From Bugula neritina (lineage: Eukaryota; Animalia; Bryozoa): DNA of 34,084 nucleotides. This document shows positions 12,200 through 23,955 of the stretch, piece after piece (position 1 is the stretch's first letter; every line of letters starts with the position of its first letter). A program made the translations under genes and the position numbers. The stretch is from assembly GCA_964035545.1 (NCBI GenBank), contig CAXIUT010000237.1:1-34084 (forward strand), in the 5' to 3' direction. The notes beneath the pieces were generated by a model. It was not told the DNA's origin. It worked only from the letters and a program-made list of their open reading frames with translations, and did no database searches.

Positions 12200-13370
12200 T
12201 CATTAATACTATTTATATAGATAGTTTCTATGTATTGACTACTAACACCTGTAGTTATTTATTGATATGGTTGTGATTAAATATTGAATTAATTTATCAG
12301 AAAGTCCAATCTTTTTTGAAGACTTTGATTTAAACATCATTTCTATTTTGCATAATAGTCTAAAGAAATCTATATTGACTTAGATTTACTCAGTGGAGGT
12401 AACTTTGTAGTTGGTGTAAATAGATATTTATTTCAAGTAGTCCAAAGTTAGCAAGGCCTAGACTACAGCGATTTGGAAGTCATTTTGGTCGATATCCCAT
12501 CTTAGTTTAAATAGCATTACACACAGTAGAGTTAGAAGGCTTATAGATTTTTGAGTGACTATAAGGTGCCAATCATCCGAACAAACTATATTTCTATCTA
12601 ATACAACTCTTACTTTGTCCTTCTATTGTCTACATAGATCAATATTATACAAGATCCTAACTTTTATTAGATTTACGTCAACTATATTAAATCATATATA
12701 CCATATTTGACTCTTATTTTTTTGGGTCGGTAGTTGAGGTTAATTAGTTGAGTGTTGACATCTTTAAGAGTCTACTCTATTATCTAGTTGAATATATAGG
12801 TGTTTTAGTGCTAGCTTTTCCATCGAAATTCAGGTAAATTGAGAAGGACTGAGTTTAAAACTGATTGGACTTTTTATTTTTATGAAATCAAGTAGTTTCT
12901 GAGATGAGTGAAGTGTCCGTCCTAGAAATCAGTTGATCTTATTAGTTTGGGCATGATAATAGCTATTTATTCACAGGTAAAAGATTCGTAGTCCTAGTTT
13001 TTGAGGAGTTCTATCAGTTTTTTTTAGTCTTAGTGGAAAATGAGATCGTCAAAGACGAAGTGATCGATAGATTAGTAAACTTCAGTGAAGAGTCTTTATA
13101 TTTATTTTCTGTCATTGCGAAATACTAGTAGACCATTTTTTTGAGGTAGGCTCTTTTTTAAAGATTGGAATTGGAATGCAAGGAAATGATGTGTCTGATC
13201 TGTTATAAGGTGAGTACATTATGTGCTCTTTCGTTTTACTAGTGGAATCCGATGCAGCCTTTGGTTTAACAGATGGCTGCTTTGTTGGAACAGGTCAGAC
13301 AACTACCGAGTTGTACTACTTTATTCTTATGGATATTGCAAACGACATTTTTCTTTTTTGAGTGTTGCAT
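12200..13370 (-). CDS. Hypothetical protein with N-terminal B-box-like zinc finger (C-terminus approximate)
   Basis: Starts [14 protein letters not shown]...CLTC...[11 protein letters not shown]...H, followed by a helical region. Needs a frame change near 13109-13142 (17-nt GT-AG candidate or an A-run error) and at least one 20-nt intron near 12491-12510. Confidence 0.55.
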
Positions 13371-13391
13371 TATTATTATTTAATTCAAAAT

Positions 13392-14828
13392 ATGAATGAA
13401 CCGGTTCTTGGGAAGTATCTTTTGGGCAAAACAATCGGCCAAGGAACCTTTAATAAAGTACGAATAGCTAGACATATCAGAACCAATGAAGAAGTAGCTA
13501 TAAAGTTGATAGACAAAAAAAGTATTAAGAGTGAAGCTGATGAGTTGAGACTGAAGAAGTAACTTAAAATACTTAGGAAGGTGAGACATCCTAGTATAAT
13601 TCAGTTATACTAGATATTTGAAGATAACGATAATTATTATTTGGTGACTGAGTACGCGAGTCGAGGATAGTTATTTTAGCATATCGTGAAACAGTAAAAG
13701 CTGACTTAGTTTTAAGCGAGTAAGTGTTTGCAGCAGCTTTTGAATGCAGTTGAATATTTGCATGAGTTGGGAGTGGTGCATAGAGATTTGAAACCTTAAA
13801 ATATACTATTGGATTATAAGTATAATGTCAAAATTATTGATTTTGGTCTTAGCGCTATCTACTCAAAATAACAAAAACTTACGACTGCTTGTGGAAGTCC
13901 GTGCTATGCTCCTCCCTAAATGCTCCTAGGCAGAAGCTATGACCCTCTGAAAGTAGATATTTGGAGTCTAGGAATAGTGTTGTATGCTATGTGTTTTGGA
14001 TGTCTTCCCTTTGATCACACCGACTCAGCTGAACTGTTTAGAATGATTAAAGTAGGAAAGTACTAGCTCCCGGATCATTCTAGTGAAGAGCTAAAAGATA
14101 TATTGAAGATGATATTGGAAACAAATCCATTGAAGAGAGCCTCAATTGAAGAGATTCGACGTCATAAATTTTGTAAGGCCAACTAGGTAGAGGTAGTACA
14201 GGGGATAATAGAAGGATTATCGATGATTCCATTTGAGATGAGTATAAAGAAACAGATGTAAGAATAGATGTTTGATACTAGTGACTTGTTGTAAGATATA
14301 GTCAATAATAAACATAACCACAATACTGCTACTTACTATATTTTACTGCAACAGAATTTCAGAATAAATAATTCGACTGTTTTGAAGTACTTTATGGACA
14401 AATATGCCTGCATTAACAGATATCGACTGATTTAGAAAGTAAAAGAAAGGCTTTAAACTAGAAAAGAACTTAATAAGATATAAAAAAGTAGATATTTAAG
14501 TAAAAACAAGAAAAGGTCCAAAACAACTAATAATAAGTTATAAAAAGTTCATAATAGTCGTGAGCATCTCGGTTGGAATAGATATCATACTTCTAATTCT
14601 AAAAGTGTTTCCAAACAACTTTTCAGTAGTCCATAAAAAAAACATTATAAACACAAAAGTCATCAGAGTCTTTAAAAAGAAATAAATATCATCACAAAAT
14701 TTGATTTAGAAAAATAACAACACAAACAAGAAGTATCTCATCTATATGTAAAAAAATATTTATTTACTTCATCATTAATATTGATAAAGACGACATTCAA
14801 TATTGATAAAGACTACATTCAATATTGA
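13392..14828 (+). CDS. SNF1/AMPK-related (CAMK group) Ser/Thr kinase
   Basis: [41 protein letters not shown] and VDIWSLG motifs, then a UBA-like HNTATYYIL segment. The first in-frame TGA is at 14826, inside a tandem repeat, so the true end may be earlier. Confidence 0.9.
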
Positions 14829-14871
14829 TAAAGACTATATTCAATATTGATAAAGACTATATTTAATATTG
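14777..14871. repeat. 22-bp tandem repeat (AATATTGATAAAGACTACATTC), about 4.3 copies
   Basis: Units start at 14777, 14799, 14821 and 14843; lies between convergent genes. Confidence 0.9.
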
Positions 14872-14875
14872 GAGA

Positions 14876-15794
14876 TCAAGCATCTTTTCCCATTCCTACC
14901 AGATGGAGTTTCTTTTTTTTTTTTTTTTTGGAGGCGTCTGGTTTGCTTTTGAAGTTTTGAGGATTTTTATTTCTCTGTTAGTTGTATTAGTGAGAATCGA
15001 AGTAATAACCCATTTGTCTCATAGCTTTTGATGTTGGAGCTTGATCTTTTACTGGCACTCTGGCCAGTCCAGTACTAACATCAAATTTAACATAATTGGC
15101 ATTTAATATATTTTTGTTTTTATCATTTATTTTCACATATTTGAAACCTTTTATACCTTGAAAATGTTCACTTGATACCTTCATGCCTTATTAGTTATCG
15201 ACCTATTGAAATTTCTTTTTAAGTAAATCTACTCTATTTCCAGAGTCTAGTTATTCTTATTATTATTATTACTATTATTCTTATTATTTTTATTTAGGAG
15301 GAGGTGGTGGTGGTTTAGCTCCAACTTTAACATAGTTTGATGGAAAAAAAACCTTTTATACTAGGCTTTTTTATCAAATGTCCTAACCACCATCCAGTCT
15401 AAAATGATTGTTCGACTAGTATCTTATCTCCTTTTTCAAAAGATAAATACTGTACTTATTCTTATCTATCTACTTGTCCTTATTATTGTTAGTCTAGTGG
15501 TATTTATTCTTGTTTATCTAGTGGTCTTTATTATTGTTTGTCTAGTTGTCTTTACTATTGTTAGTCTAGTGGTATTTATTCTTGTTTGTCTGATTATCTT
15601 TATTCTTGTTGATTTAATTTGTTTGTTTATTATTTGTAAAGTTTATCTAGTCCTTCTTTGGATAGTTAATGTTAATGTGATGATGATCTTTTTCTTTTTC
15701 CTTTATCCAGTTGATCTTATTAGTTAATATTTGATTGGTTGGAAGTTTTTAGTATTTTTGAGCTGAAGTCAAATAGAGCTTAGACTACAAACAT
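14876..15794 (-). CDS. SH3-domain protein with a large repeat insertion in the SH3, then poly-Pro and poly-Glu
   Basis: MFVVEALFDF, about 100-aa insertion, then QYLSFEKGDKILV, GWWLG and GFFPSNYV (the last needs one fewer T in the run at 15344-15351), PPPPP, poly-E and KAMRQMGYYFD. The end is uncertain because of a long homopolymer. Confidence 0.75.
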
Positions 15795-15955
15795 ATTTAT
15801 AAGTGTTTGAATTATTATTATCAATTAAATACTGGTTGATTAATTTTAAAAGTCAGTGATCTTGATTTAATAATAAAAGTTGATTTGATTGACCAAAGAA
15901 TGCAACTAAATAATAATAGATGAAATTTGTATGGTATAAATATGTGATTTGATGA

Positions 15956-16024
15956 GGGGTTGGGGTTGGGGTTGGGGTTGGGGTTGGGGTTGGGGTTGGG
16001 GTTGGGGTTGGGGTTGGGGTTGGG
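15956..16024 (+). repeat. Internal telomeric tract 1, (GGGGTT)11 GGG
   Basis: 69 nt of perfect telomere repeat between the divergent SH3 and UBA5 genes. Confidence 0.97.
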
Positions 16025-16033
16025 AGATATAAA

Positions 16034-17167
16034 ATGTAGGAGTAGAAGGGAGTGATATAAAAGCTGATGCAATAGCGTAGAAAGATAGATCAGCAAATAA
16101 CAGATATCATATCTAAATCATACAAAAAATACCAAATGAGCGAAGTAGTTAAAGATGATAATCCCTATAGTCGATTAATGGCATTAAAAAAGATGGGAAT
16201 TGTGAATAATTATGAAGTACATGCTTTATGAATATAGGACATAAAACTAAAGACAGTGTTGATAGTCGGAGTGGGAGGAATAGGATCTGTGACTGCAGAG
16301 ATGTTGACTCGTTGCGGAATAGGTAAGCTCATTATCTACGACTATGATACAGTTGAACTAGCCAACATGAATCGTCTCTTCTTCACACCATCGCAAATAG
16401 GCTCATCTAAAGTACAAGCAGCTAAAGAAACACTTCAAGCAGTCAATCCTGATATAGTCATCGAGGCCTACCATATGAATATCACCACCCAGGAAGGATA
16501 TGAACATCTCACCAAAAGAGTACTAGAAGGAGGACTGCAAGGCTCGACTGATCTGGTGTTGAGTTGTGTTGATAACTATGGAGCCAGAATGACTGTTAAT
16601 TCTATCTGTAATCGGCTAAATAAGATATGGTTTTAGTCAGGTGTGTCTTAAAGTGCTTTATCTGGACATATTCAAATACTTATACCTGGGGAAACTGGTT
16701 GTTTCGGGTGTGCTAGTCCTTTGGCTGTTTCATAAGGAACTTAAAATACGATCAAAAGATAAGGTGTGTGTGCTGCGAGTCTGCCAACTACTATGGGCAT
16801 TGTAGCTGGCTTCTTAAGTCAAGCTGCTATCAAATTTTTACTTGATTTTGGTAGATTATCGCATTGTCTGTCCTATAATGCTCAAACTGACTTCTTTAAC
16901 TCCTATAAAATAGCTATAAATCCAGAATGCAAGGAACCAACTTGTCAGTAAGCTCAAAAGAAGAAGAAGAATGGTTAGTTTGTTTCATTGATTAATTTGG
17001 TTGAGAAGAAGAAGGAAGAAAAGAAGAAGGTGGAGCATAATGTGAATGAGTGGGGCATTTAGGTGGTGACAGTTGGTAGTAAAGATGAGAAAGAAGGTAA
17101 ATAAAAGGTTTAAATCAAAGAATCCTAAAATATTTAGGATCTTATGGCTGAATTAAAAGTCCTCTGA
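16034..17167 (+). CDS. UBA5: UFM1-activating enzyme E1 (UBA5)
   Basis: [63 protein letters not shown] and [18 protein letters not shown] 21-nt intron at 16217-16237 contains an in-frame TGA. Upstream in-frame ATG at 16034; alternative start at 16136. Confidence 0.96.
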
Positions 17168-17250
17168 TATAAAATATCAATCTATATCTATTATTTTGAC
17201 CTTTTATTCATAAATATCAATAATCATCCGTCATAACTATTTATCATTTT

Positions 17251-17322
17251 CAATAATCATACATAATACCTATCAATCAATAATCATACATAATACCTAT
17301 CAATCAATAATCATACATAATA
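17251..17322. repeat. 27-bp tandem repeat (CAATAATCATACATAATACCTATCAAT), about 2.7 copies
   Basis: Units at 17251, 17278 and 17305, in the spacer between the convergent UBA5 and Vps39-like genes. Confidence 0.85.
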
Positions 17323-17398
17323 TCTATTAATATCAACAATATAGAACTGTCACTTCTGTTACAATAATATCGATATGTTTTAAGATATAGCAAATAGA

Positions 17399-20209
17399 TC
17401 AGTATTTGAATGTTTTTTCGAAGTCTTGTTTGGTAACTGGACAGATGGTACTTTTCTATTTTTTGACGCAAGCCTGATGGCAAACATTGGCATTGGGGTA
17501 AACTACAAAATACTAAATAGATATGGCTATTACCTTGTCTGAAATGGGTGTATCGCAGATGCAGCATTTCTTTTTGTAAGTGAACCTGAGGTATGCTCTT
17601 TTGGCTTGAATTAGATTGTGTTAAACGTTAAGCAGGTCCATTTCTGAAAGATGTTTTGATGTATATGTGGCTCTTCTTTCGTGCAAGGTATGGATAATAG
17701 CTGACTAGAGGAACTGATAAATGCCACTATCGTTTTATGTGAGAAGCCAATTATCAGGAATCATTTAAAGAACACTAATTGGATCTAGCTATGGCTCGCT
17801 TGAATGCTTTTTTATAAATGTTATAATATCTTTTTTCCAGAGAACATGAGAATTATTTTTGGAGGATTAGTATGACCGATACATGGCTAGTAGGAGTTTG
17901 AAGTAAATAGTTAGAGTACCTTCTCGATTTCTGGTGCAATATTATTAAGCTTATTTCGTCATCTCTTTGCTGATATATTTTTTTAATGCTTCTTAATGTC
18001 TTTTTTATCTAGAGTATAAAAAGATTTAATCTTATAGTAGCCACTAGCACTTCTATATTCTTTTGAGGATGGGCTAGGATGCATATTTGGATTATGAATT
18101 TCTCAGTAGTTTTCTCATTTTTTATAATTTTTATGCGAATTAGGGCGTTTTTAGTTACTATTTGCTATCTTTGCTGTGAAGATCGAATAAAGCATCGAGA
18201 TATATTAAGAGAAGTTTGGTATGATAGGCTTAAATATCAGTCTTTTTTTAGAATACTATGATCTAGAGATATAATTCAAGATACTTGGTATTTTTATCTA
18301 TTTAAAAATTTTTTATTATCTCTTCTGGTTGGATAAAGTTAGTATCAACCATCTTGAAAAATGTCATGCCTATCTAAGGCCTTTTCTTTAATATCCAGAG
18401 TAGCTTCTTATAGACTTATTGTTTGCTTTAGAATAGAGTTAGCAATCTAACTGCTTATTGGTAGGCTTGGAGTCTTTGAATGTCATCTTTACTATTTTAA
18501 GCAACATATTTCCATCCTTCGAAAGCTTAATCAAGTTTTTAGAAGGCAGTATAGAATCTAGGTTTAAGACTGGCAAATGAGATAATGTTTTAGTTATTTT
18601 TGATAAGACTTTAAAACTAAAGAAATAGTCTTTTACAATAGATATTCTGGTTGTCTTTAAAGAAACGTTACAGAAGAGCAAATGATTACATACTAAGGTG
18701 CAGTCTAATTATATAGTAATCTATTATTTATAGCAATTATTAAGGAGTGGCTGGTGATAATTTTTGTTTCACTAAAGAATATCTAGAACTATTCAGTGCT
18801 ATCTTCACTTTAAATAAATTCATACGACTCAAATACTACTATCGTTTATACTACAAAACTTATTTCAAAAATAGTTTTGATTTCTTTTTTAGTTAGTTTT
18901 CCTATTCTTTGCCTCTGCCTGATTTTTCATTCAAATATTCTACTATTAAGGTATTCATGTATTTATCTGGTTTTATTCCTTTCAAAGAATCTAGTTCTGA
19001 AGTCATTGATAGTTAAGGATACAACAAAACCAACTCTCTGATATCAAAGTTAATGGATCTTAATATTTATCTAGCTTTATCTAGTTCCATTCTACGTAGG
19101 AGAGGCCAAATAGCATTCATTTTCAAATCTTATATTTTTTGTTAGTTATCAGGTCCGCTATTTTGAATTAGTAGATTTAAAGCATCTTCCACTCGACCTC
19201 TTTCTAATAATGCCTTTATTTGGGTCTAAACAGGAATCTTGTAGAGGTAAAGAAGTTCATCTTTGCCAAATATGAAAGGACGACCAGAAGTAATGCCTCG
19301 AATATTAGCTGATAAATTGATCTATTGAACAAAAGAACATCTCTTTGGATCGTCTATTTTAATTATGAATTACAAATGCTAAAAATTTGTAGAGTTCCTT
19401 CGCAGAGGATGAGGCAATAGTTGGTCTAGAGTCCAATATCAATTAATGACCTTTAGGTGGTGAGAGTGATGTTATCTTTTTGGATGGGTTGGAATTGGCT
19501 GTCCATAAATAATCCGATATTGTCCATGAAAAATACCAGTTAGTTGGATCCTGTTACTTTGAAGAAGGGGTTCTTGCTTTGGAGTGGTCCTTTGGCCAAT
19601 GCAAAGTTTTTTTATATGTTGTAGCTTTAATAATCTTTTTTGTAGCTGCATACTATATGTTTTCCATTGAAGCCAACTTTATTAGGTAGCTAGCTTAAAC
19701 TAAACTTTTTAGACTACTCTAATTTTTTAGTTTGAGGGTTCATAAAAGCGATGTAGCCTTCTTTTCTTTTGGAGACTATTGCTATTCCTTGGATAGTTCC
19801 TTATTTTTGAGCTTAATTAACACTAAAATCATGAACCTTCGTCATTGTTTGAATACTTTTTGTGCGATAAGATCTGCTTTTCTTAAGGCAGAATCAACCA
19901 GATAAAGCTTTTAGTCAGCCAATGCTAAAACAGAAGATAGAGATGGATAGCATTGTAGTTTGTCTATCCTATGCTTGGTTATATTTTTAGATTGTTCTTG
20001 AGTAGATTTAGCAATGATGTCAGGATCATTGACTCGAACAGGATAGAAATAGATGTTCCCTCAATATGTTTAGATATACCTTTATCGTCTCCAATATAGA
20101 GAAAGTCATTGAGAACATCAGCTGTTGTTATTTTGTAGTTGAATTACCTTCGAATGGGTCGAATTTCAAACACCTGAATCGCACTATTCTTTTCCTTGCC
20201 TCGGTCCAT
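17399..20209 (-). CDS. Vps39/Vam6/TGFBRAP1-like (CNH domain, helical repeats, C-terminal zinc finger)
   Basis: N-terminal CNH-like LYIGDDKGNIYFY; C-terminal CCICDTPISDKYFVVYPNANVCHQAC...CPVT, typical of the Vps39 family. Several introns of about 20 nt; the middle of the gene was not fully traced. Confidence 0.8.
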
Positions 20210-20335
20210 AAGATACAACTTTTAATCGATTTATAACTAATTTGTCAGAATTATCCTTGATCATTTATCTACTAAAATCTATATCTAAACTACTAATACC
20301 TAAATACTAACTATCAAGTCATTATTACTAGTCAT

Positions 20336-20439
20336 TATCGAATGTTTCTAATATATCGAATGTTTCTAATATATCGAATGTTTCTAATATATCGAATGTT
20401 TCTAATATATCGAATGTTTCTAATATATCGAATGTTTCT
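20336..20439. repeat. 18-bp perfect tandem repeat (TATCGAATGTTTCTAATA), about 5.8 copies
   Basis: Identical units, located between the NHE stop codon and the Vps39-like start. Confidence 0.92.
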
Positions 20440-20505
20440 CAAATGTTTATGAGTCAAGGATTAAATTTATCCTACAAAGATATTAATATCTATATTTATA
20501 ATCTA

Positions 20506-22114
20506 TCACTGGTTGCTATCTTCTTCAATATCGATTCTTCTATCAGTATCTTCTTTTTTTTATTTCATTGAATAGGTTAAGTCGAGATCTTACCCATCTT
20601 GTTTTGAAAAGATAGGCTGGATGTACTTCTTCTAAAAACTTTGAAATGGATTCTTCTCATTTTTGGGTGAAGCAAGAGCAGTATCTTCTTTCTAAAACCC
20701 TCCAATGTTCTTGTACTTGGATGATAGAGTGGCCAACTGATCACTCGGTCTCTACATTTGTGAACTCATCAAATGTCTGAATTAGATGGATGTACGTTGA
20801 TGCTTTTTATTGAAGAGGACTACCTGAATCAAGTTATATTATTTTGGCAAATTTTTGCATAAAAGAGGATCCCACCAAAGTAGTCACCATCACTATACAC
20901 AGAGCGACAGTCATTATAAATTTTTTATGACTTGTACCTATTTGCAGACATAAAGCAAATGCAATAACGCCTCTTACTTGTCCACACCACCAACATATTT
21001 TGAGTTCTTTGTTGGTTAGTAAAAACTTACGATTGATAACTTTGTAGAATAGAGGCATGATGAAGACCATGACTGCTCTTATAAAAGGCATTCCAACCAA
21101 CATCAAAGAAGCCATAAATACAGCCAACCACTCTCCATCTATACTGAGGACTGATGCTCCTAGATACGAGAAAACGAAGGCTTCAGAGATATAGCTGACA
21201 GTTTAAAAAGCTAGTCCTGTGCCTCTTTGTGATAGTTAAGATATATTCATGTACGAGTAGTGGCCCATAATAATAGCACAGGTGAAAAGAGTTATGATGC
21301 CTGATAGTCCTAGTAGCTATCCCAGCAGATAGGTAAGATATCCATTGAGGAGAATCAAACTGGTTTATTTAATTGGATGTTGGTTGATAGACTAATATAT
21401 CTTAAATAGATAACTTAATCCAAAACCACTTAAAGTACCGAAAGCTACACTGAAAAAAAAAAGATAGCAGAAGTCTAAAAACATTTGTTCGACGACTTTG
21501 TAGCTGAATTACTAAATGAGTACGTGAATTATCCTCCAGCTTAATCGAGCTACAATTTTGATATAGTGCCGAATAGAATGATAGCTACTGCGTCGTTGAT
21601 GATACCTTATCCGAAAAGAACGGCATTGAGGACTGGGTATTTTTAAACTCGGATCATAGAGTTGGCTGCTACCGTGTCTGTTGCGCACATTACACTGCTT
21701 AAAAGTAGAATTTATGTGAGAGTCAATATCTAAAAGAAAGAGTTTAGGAAGATTAAATACCCTGCCAGCAAAATGAAGCCGATTATTGTTCCAAAAATTC
21801 CTAAGAAGCTGATCATTCCAAAGTTTTCAAAGAAGAGAGATTTTCGAAGACTGTAGCCAGCTGAGAAGATGATGGGCGGGAGAATTAGAGCGAAGAAGAG
21901 TTCGTTTGAAAAGTCGATTTACTTGCCGAGGGCCTGTTGAAGATATTTATACATATTTCGATATGAGAGATGTGAGGAGTCCCATGATGATGGCGATGCT
22001 AGCTTCGTGGAGGTAGGCTATTTTTTTGTTTTAGATGATGTGCGAGGTGAGGACGTAGACAACGAGAATAACAACGAAGATGAGTGCTTCAACGTGGAAA
22101 GTCTAAGCTGACAT
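20506..22114 (-). CDS. Na+/H+ exchanger (CPA1/NHE family)
   Basis: [50 protein letters not shown] and [14 protein letters not shown] motifs; 19-nt intron at 21934-21952 and further introns. Confidence 0.92.
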
Positions 22115-22281
22115 TTCAAAATATTTATAAATAGATTTTAAAAACAATACCTTACAATACCAGCTCTATTTATCTAATATTAAAAGTTAAATCTTTTTTG
22201 ATCGAATAGTGTTATCTTTATTTACTTTTTGATTGAGATGATGTAAACTATTAGTTGAAACATAATTATTAATTTTAAGAT

Positions 22282-23129
22282 ATGTACGGACAGGGACAAA
22301 GTAAATATTATGACACATAGGTGGTTTTGGAGGACAAGGGCAAGGATTTGGAGGCGGACAAGGACAACAAGGCTTCGGAGGACAAGGACAGCAAGGTTTT
22401 GGAGGACAAGGGCAACAAGGATTTGGAGGACAAGGACAAATGGGAGGTCAGCAAGGATTTGGAGGTCAAGGACAGATGGGAGGACAAGGTTTTGGTAGTC
22501 ATCAGCCACAAGGAATGGGAATGAACCGTTGGAGTCAGGGCAACAATAATCACCATCAAATGAATGGATACACTCAGGTAGATTATAGTCAAGGATGGAA
22601 CCAAAACGTGCACGGCAATATGCTTGAACAGAATGTTAACAAGGTGTTCCAGAAGTACGATAGAAACAATAGTGGTCAACTGGAAGGTCAATAATTTTTT
22701 AACGCTTATAAAGAACTCTGTCTCACTATGGGAATGGCTCCTCCTCAAAACTATCAAGATGTTTGGAACGCTGTTAACCAATGTGATAGCAATAGAGACG
22801 GAAAAGTTAATAAACAAGAAATGCTTGTCTTGTTCAAACAAATTCAAGGAGTGCAAGGGCAAGGACAAGGACAAGGTATGGGAGGGCAGCAGGGTTGGGG
22901 AGGTCAACAAGGAATGGGCCAGCAAGGTATGGGAGGTCAGCAAGGCTGGGGAGGTCAACAAGGTATGGGAGGTCAACAGGGAATGGGAGGACAACAACAA
23001 GGTTGGGGAGGTCAACAAGGAATGGGCGGACAACAACAAGGTTGGGGAGGTCAACAAGGCATGGGAGGACAAGGAGGTCAGCAGGGCTGGGGAGGTCAAC
23101 AAGGTATGGGAGGACAACAAGGTTGGTGA
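22282..23129 (+). CDS. Gly/Gln-rich two-EF-hand protein, paralog 1
   Basis: GFGGQGQ repeats, VDYSQGWN, EF loops DRNNSGQLEGQE and DSNRDGKVNKQE, GGQQGMG/GWG tail; intron at 22301-22320. Confidence 0.88.
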
Positions 23130-23243
23130 TAGTCAAATAGTTACCTTGCTTATTTTAATATTAAAAGCAAATTCCTTTAACTATCTTTTTTAATAGATGG
23201 AAAGAAAGGTGGTTTTTATTTTTAATTAGATTGACAAGATACG

Positions 23244-23815
23244 ATGTTCAACCAAGGACAAGGTATTTCAGTTGATATTTAGGTGGATTCGGAGGAGGTT
23301 ATGGAGGTCAAGGAGGCTTCCAACAACCAGGATTCGGAGGACAACAAGGTGGAATGATCAACCTTGGAGGACAAGGTGGCATGGGCTTCAATAGATGGGG
23401 ACAACAAAACACAGGATACCAGCAAATGAACGGCTTCAATAATGTAGACTACTCAGGAGGATGGAACCCAAGTATTCATGATCAAATGTTGCAAAATAAC
23501 ATTAACATCGTCTTCCAGAGATACGATATGAACATGACTGGCCAACTAGAAGGCCAGGAGTTCTTCAATGGTTACAGAGACCTTTGTTTGATGATGGGAA
23601 TGGCTCCTCCGAATAGTTACCAAGATGTGTGGAATGCAGTCAACCAGTGTGATTCAAACAGAGATGGCAGAGTCAACAAGATGGAAACTTACAACCTTTT
23701 CAAGAGAATTCAAGGGATCAATTCAGGACAGATGATGGGAGGAAATATGGGAATGGGAGGAGGAATGGGAATGGGTATGGGAGGGGGTATGGGAGGAGGA
23801 ATGGGAGGTTGGTGA
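23244..23815 (+). CDS. Gly/Met-rich two-EF-hand protein, paralog 2
   Basis: VDYSGGWNP, DMNMTGQLEGQE and DSNRDGRVNKME; intron at 23263-23282. Confidence 0.88.
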
Positions 23816-23955
23816 TCATCCATTCTATTATCATACAATGATTTTTTAGTTTTTGACTTATTTTGAATTATATTTCTCTCTATATTTTATTGTTTGATTC
23901 TAAGATCTTCTAATAACTAAGTTGTATTTATTTAATTGATAAAATCACACAAGCA

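Noticed and set aside
15344-15351. Programmed ribosomal frameshift at the T8 run in GFFPSNY
   Set aside because: A one-base homopolymer error is more parsimonious; there is no Euplotes-type AAA-stop signal, and TAR is a sense codon here.
15404-15727. Hydrophobic 107-aa plus-strand ORF resembling a membrane protein
   Set aside because: It is the antisense reading of the acidic repeat insertion in the SH3 gene.
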